Shown here piece by piece: positions 1 to 11,700 of a stretch of 64,000 nt of DNA. The stretch is from positions 12,028,001 to 12,092,000 of the forward strand of contig JBHGNT010000003.1 of the NCBI GenBank assembly GCA_043228905.1. The letters are read 5' to 3'. Below the pieces are notes generated by a model. That model was not told the origin of the DNA, did not search any database, and was given only the letters and a program-made list of their open reading frames with translations. A program made the translations under genes and the position numbers. The number at the start of each line of letters is the position of its first letter. Position 1 is the stretch's first letter. Source of the DNA: Azolla caroliniana (lineage: Eukaryota; Plantae; Polypodiophyta).

Positions 1-389
1 GTGCTCCGCCATGCTAGAGCCATCTTGGTACCGGAGTCTTACTAGCTTCCGGAATACCGAAACCTGATTAACAACATTTTTGTTTTGAAACATTATGCCG
101 ATCTTCTCCCAGAGCTCATGAGCCTTGCTCTCTTCATCGAAGTTGTTGTACAAGCTCATGTCGATGAAGCACCGTATGTACGCCGTGGTCTTCATGTGCA
201 TCACCTCCCATATCGCAGCGTCGATTTTGTCTAGTCTCTTGTCCCCGAACTGAACCGGCAGCCAGAGGTCTTTAACCACGAGCATGTCCCTCATCTTCGA
301 CTTCCACACTGAATAGTTGGAGCCGGTGAGCTTGAACATGCCACCAAACGATTCGTCCATTTTCTGTGTCGTTTTGCTCTGATACCACT

Positions 390-1169
390 TGATGGGAACT
401 CAAGGCTCCTTATACGCAATGCTCGGCCACAACCGAGCTTAGAATCATACACAGAAAACGGGAAATAATGAACACGACACGAAGAAGAGACGAGTACGCA
501 GGATGTTTACGTGGAAAACCCAAACTAAGGGAAAAACCACGGCAGCCCACAGGCTGCAAACTATCACTATGCTAGAATGTACAACAGTGAGTTCACGGAG
601 GCAATGACCTCGTGCTCACGATCTTCGCCACAGGCGGTGGTTACAACAGAGGCAACGACCTCTTTTTCTCTCTCTCTCTCTCTATACACAGTTACGCACT
701 GTCTCTCTACTTGCACCAACAAGAATGACAGCTACTACAACAGTGAGCTAAAAGTTTGCCCTAAGTCATATTTATACTAATATGACTTTTCGGCTATTTA
801 CAAATATAGCCCTGATGGACTCTCATAAACATATTTACGAATATGTCTCTTCATTCGGTGAGCATTCCTCACCGGGTCTGCACCATCCGGCTCTCCGTAA
901 TCGGGTACTCCTCATCCGGTTCTCACCGGGTCTGCACCATCCGGCTCTCCGTAACCGGGTACTCCTCATCCGGTTCTCAACGGGTCTGCACCATCCGGCT
1001 CTCCGTAACCGGGTACTCCTCATCCAGTTCTCACCGGGTCTGCACCATCCGGCTCTCCGTAGCCAGGTACTCCTCATACGGTTTTGGGCTCGGTCTATCG
1101 GCCTCGACCGAGTTTGTTCATCAGTACTGATCTTCTCCCTTCCCATCCGGAGGGACCTGTCTCCCAACA
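390..1169 (-). repeat. 5' LTR (family A), 780 bp
   Basis: TG..CA termini next to the PBS; shares motifs (GGAAAACCC, GGGCTATTTACAAATATAGCC-like, TCCCATCCGGAGGGACC) with LTRs at 34661, 36263 and 53169. Confidence 0.88.
867..1083. repeat. 54-bp tandem repeat x4 within LTR U3
   Basis: Unit TCTCACCGGGTCTGCACCATCCGGCTCTCCGTAACCGGGTACTCCTCATCCGGT; seen as an 18-aa periodicity in overlapping spurious ORFs. Confidence 0.9.
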
Positions 1170-1187
1170 GCACATAGCATGTATGCT

Positions 1188-1530
1188 TGTTGAGCGAGCA
1201 AGCTCAACCGGATCTAGATCGGCTAAATAAGCCAGAGCTGGATTGGCATCCGGGAGGATGAGTCGGATCGGTATCCAGATGGTATCTGGAAACAACCGGT
1301 CGGATCGGGGACACGAATCGGAGAGCCGGATTCGAGTGCGAACCGGAAGCCTAGTAGTAGCCTAGACTACTAGGTAATCATTGTCTCGTACTTAGTGTTA
1401 GTCACTCGTATGAGCATTGAAGTACATAGTACTTCTATCAATCTGTTTGAGTTGTATAAATAGTGTTGTTTAGTAGCACGTTGTATTTACACAGTTTTCA
1501 TAGTGATATTTTGAATTGAGTTTATTTTCT

Positions 1531-1595
<65 letters not shown>

Positions 1596-3733
1596 TGCGT
1601 ATTCTCTGTGTTAAGTTCTCCATTAAACCTTCTCTCATTTTCTGTTGGTATCCAGCTGAGCCAATTTTGTCTAACACTTCCGCACGCTAACTTTCACATG
1701 GTATCAAAGCGCGAGTGTTGAGAACCTCTGCAGCCGACAGATGCTTTTGAAGACAAACCCTACAAACCGGTAACAACAGAGAGAGAAAGGTATGGACAGA
1801 GGTATGACAAGTTCACTTCCAACAGAGAAGCTCAACCGAAGCAACTATGCATCATGGTCATATAAAATGCACCAGTACTTCCTGGGGCATGGTTATTGGA
1901 GCTATGTGGAAGGAACCAACGAGGTAGCACCGGAGCCGACACAAAATGACTTCCCGGTATGGGAGCAAGGAGCGAGCCGAGTATTGTACTGCCTCGCGTC
2001 TAGTGTGCACAATTAGATGCTCGGCTACATAAAGGATGCAAAGACGCCGAAGGAGGCCTGGGAAAATCTACGGAAGATTTTCGCCACAAGTACCACAGCC
2101 CGTAAGTTGCAGCTCTGGCAAGATCTGAACAACATCTAGCAAAGAGACATGTCGGTTATGGATTACAACACCAAGATAAAGGAGATTTGTGATGCACTCA
2201 GGTCCATCAACGTGATGGTGGACGAAGACAAGATGGTACAAATCTGCCTTGGTGGTTTATCGCAAAGGTACGGGCCAATCCGGACATCGATCTGCACCCG
2301 GGAGAAGCTACCGTTCTTCTTTGATTTGCAATCAATGATGATGATCGAAGAAAACCACGCGAGTGGGTCCAGGACCACTCCATTAGACGGCCGAATGTTG
2401 TACACAAAGACAGATAAGCCCCATGGACGTGGTGGACGAGGTGGATCGACACACAATGGAGGCGGCCAGCAAGAGCAGGACTGGAGGCACAGAAATAGTG
2501 CTGACAACAATTCCAGACGCGGAATGTTGGTATATGTTGAGATACAAGCTCAACATTGGCTGGATCGGCTGTGCAAGCCGAGAATCGGATTGGTTGGGAC
2601 CGATTGGTTAGGCCGGACCGGTGCGTAAAATGGATACGTAAACCAGTACGCAAACTGGTGCGTAACGAGAGGTCGTATCGGTGCGTAAACCGAAAGGCCA
2701 TTAGAGAGATATTTCTCGTAAGGAATAATTTTGGGAGTGAGTTTCGAGGCTCATTTATGAGCAGTCAAGTACTGTCAGTACTTGTGTCAGCCCGATTGTC
2801 AAGGCTTGTATAAAAGGTGCTCACTAAGCACGGTGTATGTACAAATTGAGTATTATTTTGAATTGAGTTTCTTGTGTGCTCTCTCTCTGTCTCTCCCGTG
2901 TACTGTGTACACCCTAAGCTCTCCATTAAACCTGCGTATTTTCTGTGTTCGGTTTTCTATTGCTTCCACACGTATTCTTTTACATGGTATCAGAGCGCGA
3001 GGGTTGAGAACCTCTACAGCCGACATAGCTTGAAAGAAAAACCAACCAAGAAGAACAGGTAAACCCGATGGATAGAGGCATGGCTAGCTCGCTTCCAACA
3101 GAGAAGCTCGACAGAAACAACTACGCGTCTTGGTCTTACAAGATGCAGCAATACCTGCTCGAGCACGGTTACTGGAGCTATGTCGACCGAGCAAATGACA
3201 CAGCACCCGAATCGACACACACAGATTTCCCGGCGTGGGAACAGTCGGCGAGCAGAGTATTGTACTGCTTCGCGTCTTGTGTGGGCGAGCAGCTCCTAAG
3301 CTACATTCGGGATGCGAAAACGCCAAAGGATGCTTGGGGAAATTTGAAGAAGATCTTCGCTGCAAGCACCACAGCCAGGAAGCTTCAACTCCGACAGAAG
3401 CTGAGCAACCTACAACAACGCGACTTGTCAGTGGCTGATTACATCTCGAAGATCAAAGATATATGCGACTCCTTAGCCTCCATTGATGTGAACGTCGAGG
3501 AAGGCGAGATGGTGCAAATCTGTCTCGGGGGACTGGCGACGAAGTTCGGAGTGTTCCGAACTGCTGTGTGTACACGAGAGAATACGCCGTCATTTTTCGA
3601 CTTACAGTCGATGCTCCTTATAGAGGAGAACCACGCAGGTGCGTCGATCCTTTTGAGGAGTTGTATAAATAGTGTTGTTTAGCACATTGTATCTATAGAG
3701 TTTTTAGAGTGATATTTTGAATTGAGTTTATGT

Positions 3734-3800
<67 letters not shown>

Positions 3801-3902
3801 CCGTATTCTCAGTGTTAAGTTCTCCATTAAACCTTTTCTCATTTTATGTTGCTATTCGGTTGAGCCGGTTTTGTCTAACGCTTCCGCACGCTAACTTTCA
3901 CA
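1188..3902 (+). mobile_element. Internally deleted Ty1/copia element (family B)
   Basis: 5' LTR 1188-1698 (TGTTGAG...TTTCACA), PBS TGGTATCAAAGC 1699-1710, degenerate gag 1792-2530, partial 3' LTR ~3648-3902, TSD ATGCT (1183-1187)/ATGCC (3903-3907). Confidence 0.8.
2535..3647 (+). mobile_element. Nested truncated Ty1/copia element (family B): LTR, PBS and gag
   Basis: LTR 2535-2984, PBS TGGTATCAGAGC from 2985, gag ORF from 3068 (MDRGMASSLPTEKLDRNNYASW...) fused by deletion to the outer element's 3' LTR. Confidence 0.85.
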
Positions 3903-4824
3903 ATGCCAAATGGCGATCATGCACAATCCTGTGTACACTATATAAGTGGAAGATCTTCTTAGTGTTGAACCATTCCGATTCAACACCAGTCTTCAGCAAC
4001 CTTGTAATCTTGGTTTCTGGTAATAGAAATTATTGTCTTCTTGTCCTGTTATTGTCTTCTCGTTTGTTATTATCCTCTTTTCTTCCAAATCGACATTTTC
4101 TTCGAAGCTTGGGTCGTGAAATCGTCTAGATCTCCTTAGTGCCGATTTTGTTGGTTTAGATTCTTCGATTAGCTCTGATGTCCAATTGGTATTTATTTAT
4201 CAAATTCAACGATAGACATGTCTACTTCCAATTCTTTCCCAAAAAGATCAAAGGTGACCTTTTTGCCAATTTTTGGCTAGGACCGGCCGGAGAGAATTGA
4301 GTATTCATTGAAGACTACATCGCTACTCTAGATTAGTTTCCGGCTTTCATAGAGTAGTTTCCAGTTCTCCCGATCCCATAGCTTATATCTAAATTCCCCA
4401 TCAATTCCATAACCGAGAAAGATGCACTTTGTCGAGTAGGGCTCCAGCTTGGTCCTCTTCTCCCGTGGTATAAATACGTCGGCTTCGAATCCGGATATAG
4501 GAAGCTAGTTGTAGGTCGGACCATAGTGCTTGTGGCACTTGGAGCCGGATTGCTCTTGACGGTGATAGATTGATCAGATACATACCCATCTACAATGCTT
4601 TGGCCCAAAACTCCAACTTTAGTCCGAATTGTTTGAGCATGGTCATCCCCCTTTCTTGAATGGTCTGGTTCATTCGTTCTACTACACCATTTTTCATTGC
4701 AGTGTAGGGAACGGTCTTCTAATGCTAGATCCCCTTTTCGGACAGGTACTTTGCAAAGGCTCTAGAGTGTCTTCACCTTATGGCCGGATAGGTTTTCGGC
4801 TTCGGCTAACCACCAAGCGAAAAC
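3903..4824 (-). pseudogene. Degenerate copia integrase remnant (target of the TIR element)
   Basis: Minus strand reads FAWWLAEAENLSGHKVKTL...FAKYLSEKGI...TVPYTAMKNGVVERMNQTIQER; continues as VLEV at 16670-16680. Confidence 0.7.
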
Positions 4825-5059
4825 CCTGGGGGCTTCACTATCAAAACTTGTATGATAGCACGTGAGTTCATCAAATGGGGTTTAAATTAGGCATTGAGGT
4901 ACAAAATATATATATAAGGGTATTAATAAATATTTTAAAATATATTTACATAAGGGTATTATCAATTATGTTGGAGAAAAACATTACATAAGCCCATGAA
5001 ATATTAGATATTTCAATGAGATAGTAAATAATATATTATGTAAACAATACTCAAAAATT

Positions 5060-5236
5060 TGGAGTAGCATATATACATACATTCTTGTATAGATACATAC
5101 ATACATGCATGCATACATACATATATATACATGTTTGCATGCATATATACCTACATTCAAACATTACATCCATGAATATGTATATACATACATTACACCC
5201 ATTTATACATCCATGTGTGTGTTTGTGTGTATAATA

Positions 5237-5269
<33 letters not shown>

Positions 5270-5482
5270 TGATCAGCCATATATATTGACATACATATAT
5301 ATAGAATAAATACATAAAAAATACATAATACATATATACTACACATTCTTAAAAACATATTTTATATGTGACATATACCACAGTCTACATATATATCATT
5401 ATACACACAATTATATACAAATGAATATATACATACCAAACACAAAATATATACATAAATAAATTACATATTATATATATAC

Positions 5483-5546
<64 letters not shown>

Positions 5547-8165
5547 TAATACATAAGATTACATATTATATATCTTACAAATCTTCATACATACAACTTA
5601 AAACAAGCTACATATATTATATATATATATACACATGCACACGCACACACACACGTAAATAAAATAGATATTACATATCATGTAATCCATACATATTACA
5701 CAATATACAAATTTACTTACACATACATACATACATTACATAGATATATTACATATGTACATACATATTCCACATATCACCATATATATAGGTTATACGG
5801 GGTCATACAAACTACAATTCTTACATACATACACACACATTAGATATATGTATACTTACACATACATCGGATATATACATGCATATTACGTACATATTAC
5901 AAACATACATCCCTACACGAGCCATACACATACTAACCATGAAAATATACATACATAAATACATTACATATATACACATACATACATTCATACATGTACA
6001 TACATTTATTTTTTATTTTATAAAAGATATCCTGTCATTAGTATAAACAATTTACAAGATTTCAAACCTCTCTGTGATTGGCGGGGGAAACAATCGTTTC
6101 ATACATATGACCATATACATACACATACATATATTAAATATATACATACATATTACAAACATACATCCATGCACATTGAATCGCGTGCATTGACATATGC
6201 ATACACATACATACATTACATATGTACATATTCCACATATCACCATATAAATAGGTCATACGGGGTCATACAATATACATACACATATTGAATATATGTA
6301 TACTTACACATACATTGGATGTATGCATACATATTATGTGTATATTCTAAACATACATCCTTATATGAGCCATACACATACTAAACACGAAAAAACCTCG
6401 AAATTATACATACATAAGTTCATTACCTATTACATATATTACTTATCACGGGTCATGAGGCGGCTCGAAAGTCAAAGAATGTACCCTGGCTGGCATGCAT
6501 TATCGGAAAATCTGTTCCTCAACTCTTACGCTCGAGAGTTGATTGCGCTTGCTTGATTGGCACCTCTAGCATAACTGGGTTTTCCGCCGGCCGTTCGGAT
6601 CGAGAACATGAAGTTGGAATCGCTAGAAATCGCAAACCTTTGACGGGGAGGCTAATGGGCCTACTACTTGCAAAATATGTGTTCTACCGATTGAACTACG
6701 CCCCCATCCTCGTTCCATATGCAACACGTATCATATGGGGAAACTCTGCTTGCTTGCTTGCTTGAAACAGCAGATTATTAGGTTAATTTAAACATTATGG
6801 GCAAAATAAATTTAGTACATTCATACAGATACATACATATATTCATTTGTGCGTTACTACATGTATATATATACGTACATATGCCTACAATGTTACACAT
6901 AAAAAATTTACATACATCCATACACATATATACATACATTGCATATGTATATTACATACACATACATACATACATACATTACATATGTACATAGATAACA
7001 TCGCATACACACACACACACACACAATCATACACACTACAATAGTGCATATATACACACATACATACATTAGATATATACATGGATATTATGCACATATT
7101 ACAATCACACATCCATACACTTTGAATCATATATATTGACATATGTATATATGCATACACATACACACACTGCATGCATCACATACATTACATATGCATA
7201 CACATTCGTACATTTGTACATGGACATACATATATTCATTCATACATTGCTACACATATATACGTACATATGCCTACAATGATACACATATAAATTTTAC
7301 AAACATACATCCATACATGCATACATACATACATACACATACATACATACATACATACATATATTCCTAATACACAACAATAGTACATGTATACATACAT
7401 CAGATATATACATATATATTATGCACATATTACAATCACATATCCATACACATTGAATCATATACATTGGCATATGTATATATGCATACACATACACATA
7501 CACACATTGCATACATCACATACATTACATATGCATATACATATGTGCATTCATACATGGACATACATATATGCATTCATACATTGCTACACGTATATAC
7601 GTACATATAACTACAGTGATATACATATAAATTTTACAAACATACATCCATACACATGCATACATACATTACATATGCATATATGCATACACATATGTAC
7701 ATTCGTATATGGATATACATATATTCATTCATAAATTGCTACATGTATATACACACTATGCCTACAATGATGTATCAATTTTACAAACATACACCATTCC
7801 TTGAAAATATACATAGACAAATACATGTGCATATATATATATATATATACATCCGTCCATTGTTACACGTATATATGTACACATGCCTTCCATGATACAT
7901 GTATAAATATTACAAAATTACATCCATATATCCATCCATACAATACAATACATACATAGAACATACACACAAGCACATAACACATACTTACATACTCACA
8001 TGCCATACACACAATACAATATGTACATACATACACACATGCCATACATACAATATATATACAATACAATACAATATGTAGATATATATACACATACATA
8101 TATACAACATACATACACACATAGCACATACACACATGCCATACATACAATACATACAATCCATG
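5060..8165. repeat. Degenerate (CATA/TA/CA)n microsatellite array with higher-order repeats
   Basis: About 3 kb with very little G on the + strand. Recurrent blocks such as CATTCATACATTGCTACACATATATACGTACATATGCCTACAATGA at ~6840, 7235, 7575 and 7725, and TATTCCACATATCACCATAT..ATACGGGGTCATACAA at ~5765 and 6228. Confidence 0.9.
6662..6705 (-). pseudogene. tRNA-Ala(UGC)-like 5' half within a GC-richer island (possible organellar fragment)
   Basis: Minus strand GGGGGCG TA GTTC AATCGGTA GAAC A CATAT TT TGC AA: acceptor 5' strand, perfect D stem and TGC anticodon loop. No T arm or 3' acceptor strand visible. Confidence 0.45.
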
Positions 8166-8328
8166 TAGTTTTAAAAAAATGGGGGAAGAAATGGAGGGAG
8201 TTACATACATGTGTGTTATGTTTTAGAAAAAATGTGGAGGGAAAAGAAGAAAGGGGGGAAAGAGAGAAAGAAGGAAAGAAAGGGGTAGGGGATTGGATGT
8301 GGGGAAAGAAGGGAGAGATAGAGAGGAA

Positions 8329-8372
<44 letters not shown>

Positions 8373-8788
8373 AAAGGTCTTTCGCAGAGAGACAGAAACA
8401 AGGTAGCCATGGCAAGATCGAGGCGTTCGTCCAAGAAATTGAAATCTGCAGCGAAAGTGGGAATGCTACAGGAAAAGACCTTCAAACCCAAACCTACAAC
8501 TTCGTACCTCCAAAAGCAATAATAGCTGGCGTTAAATGGGATGAGCATGCAAGCCTTTTGTGGAATTATAAGTCATTAGGGATTGTGCCTAACTTCTTGG
8601 GTGCTCGATCAAGTACGAGGGACACAATGATATCAAAGAGTTTGCAAGTTCCTAATGGAGCTCAAGATATGATTGCCGATGATGGTAGCGATGTCGAAAG
8701 TGATGATTTGAAATCTGCCCTAGGGAAGAAAAGACGAGATGGTGATCATGCTCCTATACAATGACTTACAAAGGTGCAAAGAATTTAC

Positions 8789-11700
8789 TGATGACAATCA
8801 ATAGAGCAAAAAGTCAAGAGACAATCTGCTCTTGATCGTAATGCACAGACAGTGAAGGATGAAGGAGTGCACGAGAGGAATAGGGGGTGAATGACAAAGG
8901 GATTCAATTGATACAGCAAGGTGGAGATTACAAGAGGAGAGAGAGATAAATCTCTACGACAAAGAAAAAAGAGGGGAAAAAACCACACACAGAGAAAACA
9001 GACACTCGCTCTCTCACACTCACTAACTCACTCTCTCTCTCTCCCCACTCAACTAAGTGGAAGAACAGTTTTGGCCTTTTCACACTTAGTATGTATCGGG
9101 GATACATGTATAACAATCTCCCACTAAAAGGCCTAAACTAGGAGTACAAATAATGGAAGGTTGACCTGTACAAGACCTAGACCTATATCTCCCACCTCAT
9201 GGGCATGTTACACAATGTACACAGCAAGTGTGTAACGTAACATACTAAGGAATGCCCATCAAGTAACAACAATGCTCCAATGCATCTTGTGGTAAGGCCT
9301 TAGTCAATGCATCTGCAGCATTTTCGCGAGAAACAACCTTCTCAAGGCTAATACAATCATTAGCTATGCATTCCCGAATGAAATGGTATCGCACTCCAAT
9401 ATGTTTGGTCTTCGCATGATATACCAGATTCTTAGCCAAAGCAATGGCACTCTGATTATCACAAAACAGTTTGGGTACATGTTGCGGTATACCCATGTCA
9501 CTATCTAATCAAGACAGCCAAACCGCTTCCTTACATGCCTCACTGGTTGCAACATACTCAGCCTCTGTTGTTGACAATGCGACACAATCTTGAAGACGAG
9601 ATCTCCAAGCAATAACACCTCCCATAATCTGAAAGATGTACCCTGAAGTAGATTTCCTACTATCAGCGCATCCGGCATAATCTGAATCTGTGTATCCAAT
9701 GATAGAGGCATCCCCTTTGCCTAAACAAAGGCACCTATCCTTAGAGCCACTCAGATATCTTAGTATCAACTTGACAACATCCAGTGTTTCTTACCAGGGT
9801 TTGACATGAATCGACTTACGGCTCCCACTACAAATGCAATGTCTAGTCTAGTAGCCACCATGGCGTACATAAGACTCCCAACTGCGGATTGATAAGGAAC
9901 CTTGGACATGAATTCCTTGTCCTCATCAGATGTGGGGCAATCACATGTGCTCAGTTTTACATATGTAGGCAATGGAGTGCTCAACGGCTTTGCATTCTCC
10001 ATATTAAACCTCTTGAGCACTTTCGATATGTACTCAGCTGGAGACAAGTAAATGCATCGCTTACTCCTATCACGAGTAATACGCATACAAAGAATATGTT
10101 TGGCATCTCCCAAATCCTTCATGTCAAAATTATGGCCCAAGTTTTTCTTCAACGAGGATAACTCACCCTTGTTTTTACCAACAATAAGCATGTCATCAAC
10201 ATATAGTATAAATGTAATAAAACTCCCATCTGAACAGGTTTTCGTATAAGGACATGCATCCTCATTGCTTCTAGTATATTCTTGAGTCTTGATAAAAGCA
10301 TCAAACTTTTGGTACCACAATCTAAGGGACTGCTTAAGCCCATACAAACTCTTCTTGAGTTTATATACCAAATGTTCTTTTCCCGAGACTTCATGACCTT
10401 CAGGTTGTTCCATATAAATATCCTCATCAAGATCCCCATGTAAAAAGGAAGTCTTCACATCCATTTAGACTAATTCTAAATTCTGATTTGCAGCCAATGA
10501 AAGCAAACATACGCAATGTAGTCATCTTAATTACAGCAAAAAAAGTTTCATCAAAATCAATTCCATGTTCTTGCTTGAAACCTTTGGCAACCAAGCATGC
10601 TTTATACTTTGGGGAAGCATTATCAGATGTATACTTGTACTTGTATACCCATTTGCATGGCAATGCTTTCCTGTCCTTTGGCAAAGGTACTAGATCCCAA
10701 GTACCATTTTTATAAATGTTGTCCAATTCATTTTGCATGGCATGCTCCTACTTAGCATGATCATTGGCCAAAATAGCTTCCTTATAACAAGAGGGTTCGC
10801 CACCATCTGTTAACATCACATAGTCTGTGAGCTTAGTAGGTGGCCTAGAGACACAAGTAGATCGTCTCATTGGTTGTTGAATCAGAGTCGGACTGTTTTC
10901 AAGTTGTACACATGCATCCTCATTTTGAACATCCTCATATGGGTGAATATTTATAGGATTGTTCAGCATAGGTGCGGAGTTATCCTTTTGCACACTAATA
11001 GAGGGTGTAACATCTTGAAATGTCACTTTCCTCACTTCCACTTCATTAATTGGTTGTTTATGCATAATCTTTTCGTTGAAAACGACATCACTACTTCTGA
11101 CTATAGTGTGCGTTTCAGGATCCCACAAACGATATCCAAATTGACCATTTACGCCATAGCCAAGGAAAATACATTTCCTGCTCTTAAAATCTAGTTTTTG
11201 CCTTAATTGTTTTGGAACATGAACATACACTTCACATCCAAATACCCTAAGATGATCATAGTTTGGGGTTTTTCCTGTCCACAACTCTTGCGCCACTTTC
11301 AAGCCTTTGGCAGTGCTAGGTGATAGATTTATCACATGGACTACTGTCCAGACTGCTTCAGCCCAAAAACCTTGCGGCAGATTTGCATGATGCAACATAG
11401 AAACAACCCTGTCCTGGATGGTTCTATTCATCCTTTCTGCCACACCATTTTGTACTGGAGTGTAAGGGGCAGTAAACTCTCTACGTATGCCTCTAGAATC
11501 ACAAAAATCTCTGAACTCATGAGAGGTATACTCACTTCCATTATCAGAACGTAAAGCCTTAAGCTTTATACCCTTTTCAGTCTCAACCGAGGCAAGCCAT
11601 TTTCTGAAAACAGAGTATATGTTGCCCTTTTGTTTTATGGGATACACCCAAACCTTTCTTGTGGCATCATCAATAAATGTAATAAAGTACAAAGCTCCAC

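Larger units (their letters stand above)
1..1169 (-). mobile_element. Ty1/copia LTR retrotransposon (family A), 5' end; continues beyond window start
   Basis: Minus-strand gag N-terminus from ATG at 360 (MDESFGGMFKLTGSNYSVWKSKMRDMLVVKDLW...), PBS TGGTATCAGAGC at 376-387, LTR 390-1169 with TG...CA ends. Homologous to the element at 34661-41341. Confidence 0.9.

Noticed and set aside
867-1083. CRISPR-like regular repeats (also 40257-40470 and 20170-20733)
   Set aside because: Head-to-tail units without unique spacers, in a eukaryotic context, and no cas genes.
4790-4825. Hairpin GGTTTTCG...CGAAAACC next to the TIR element
   Set aside because: Falls within copia integrase codons (VFAWWLAEAENL); probably coincidental.
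5755-8374. Many Y/I/H/T- or C/V/M-rich ORFs
   Set aside because: Translations of CATA/TA microsatellite, not genes.
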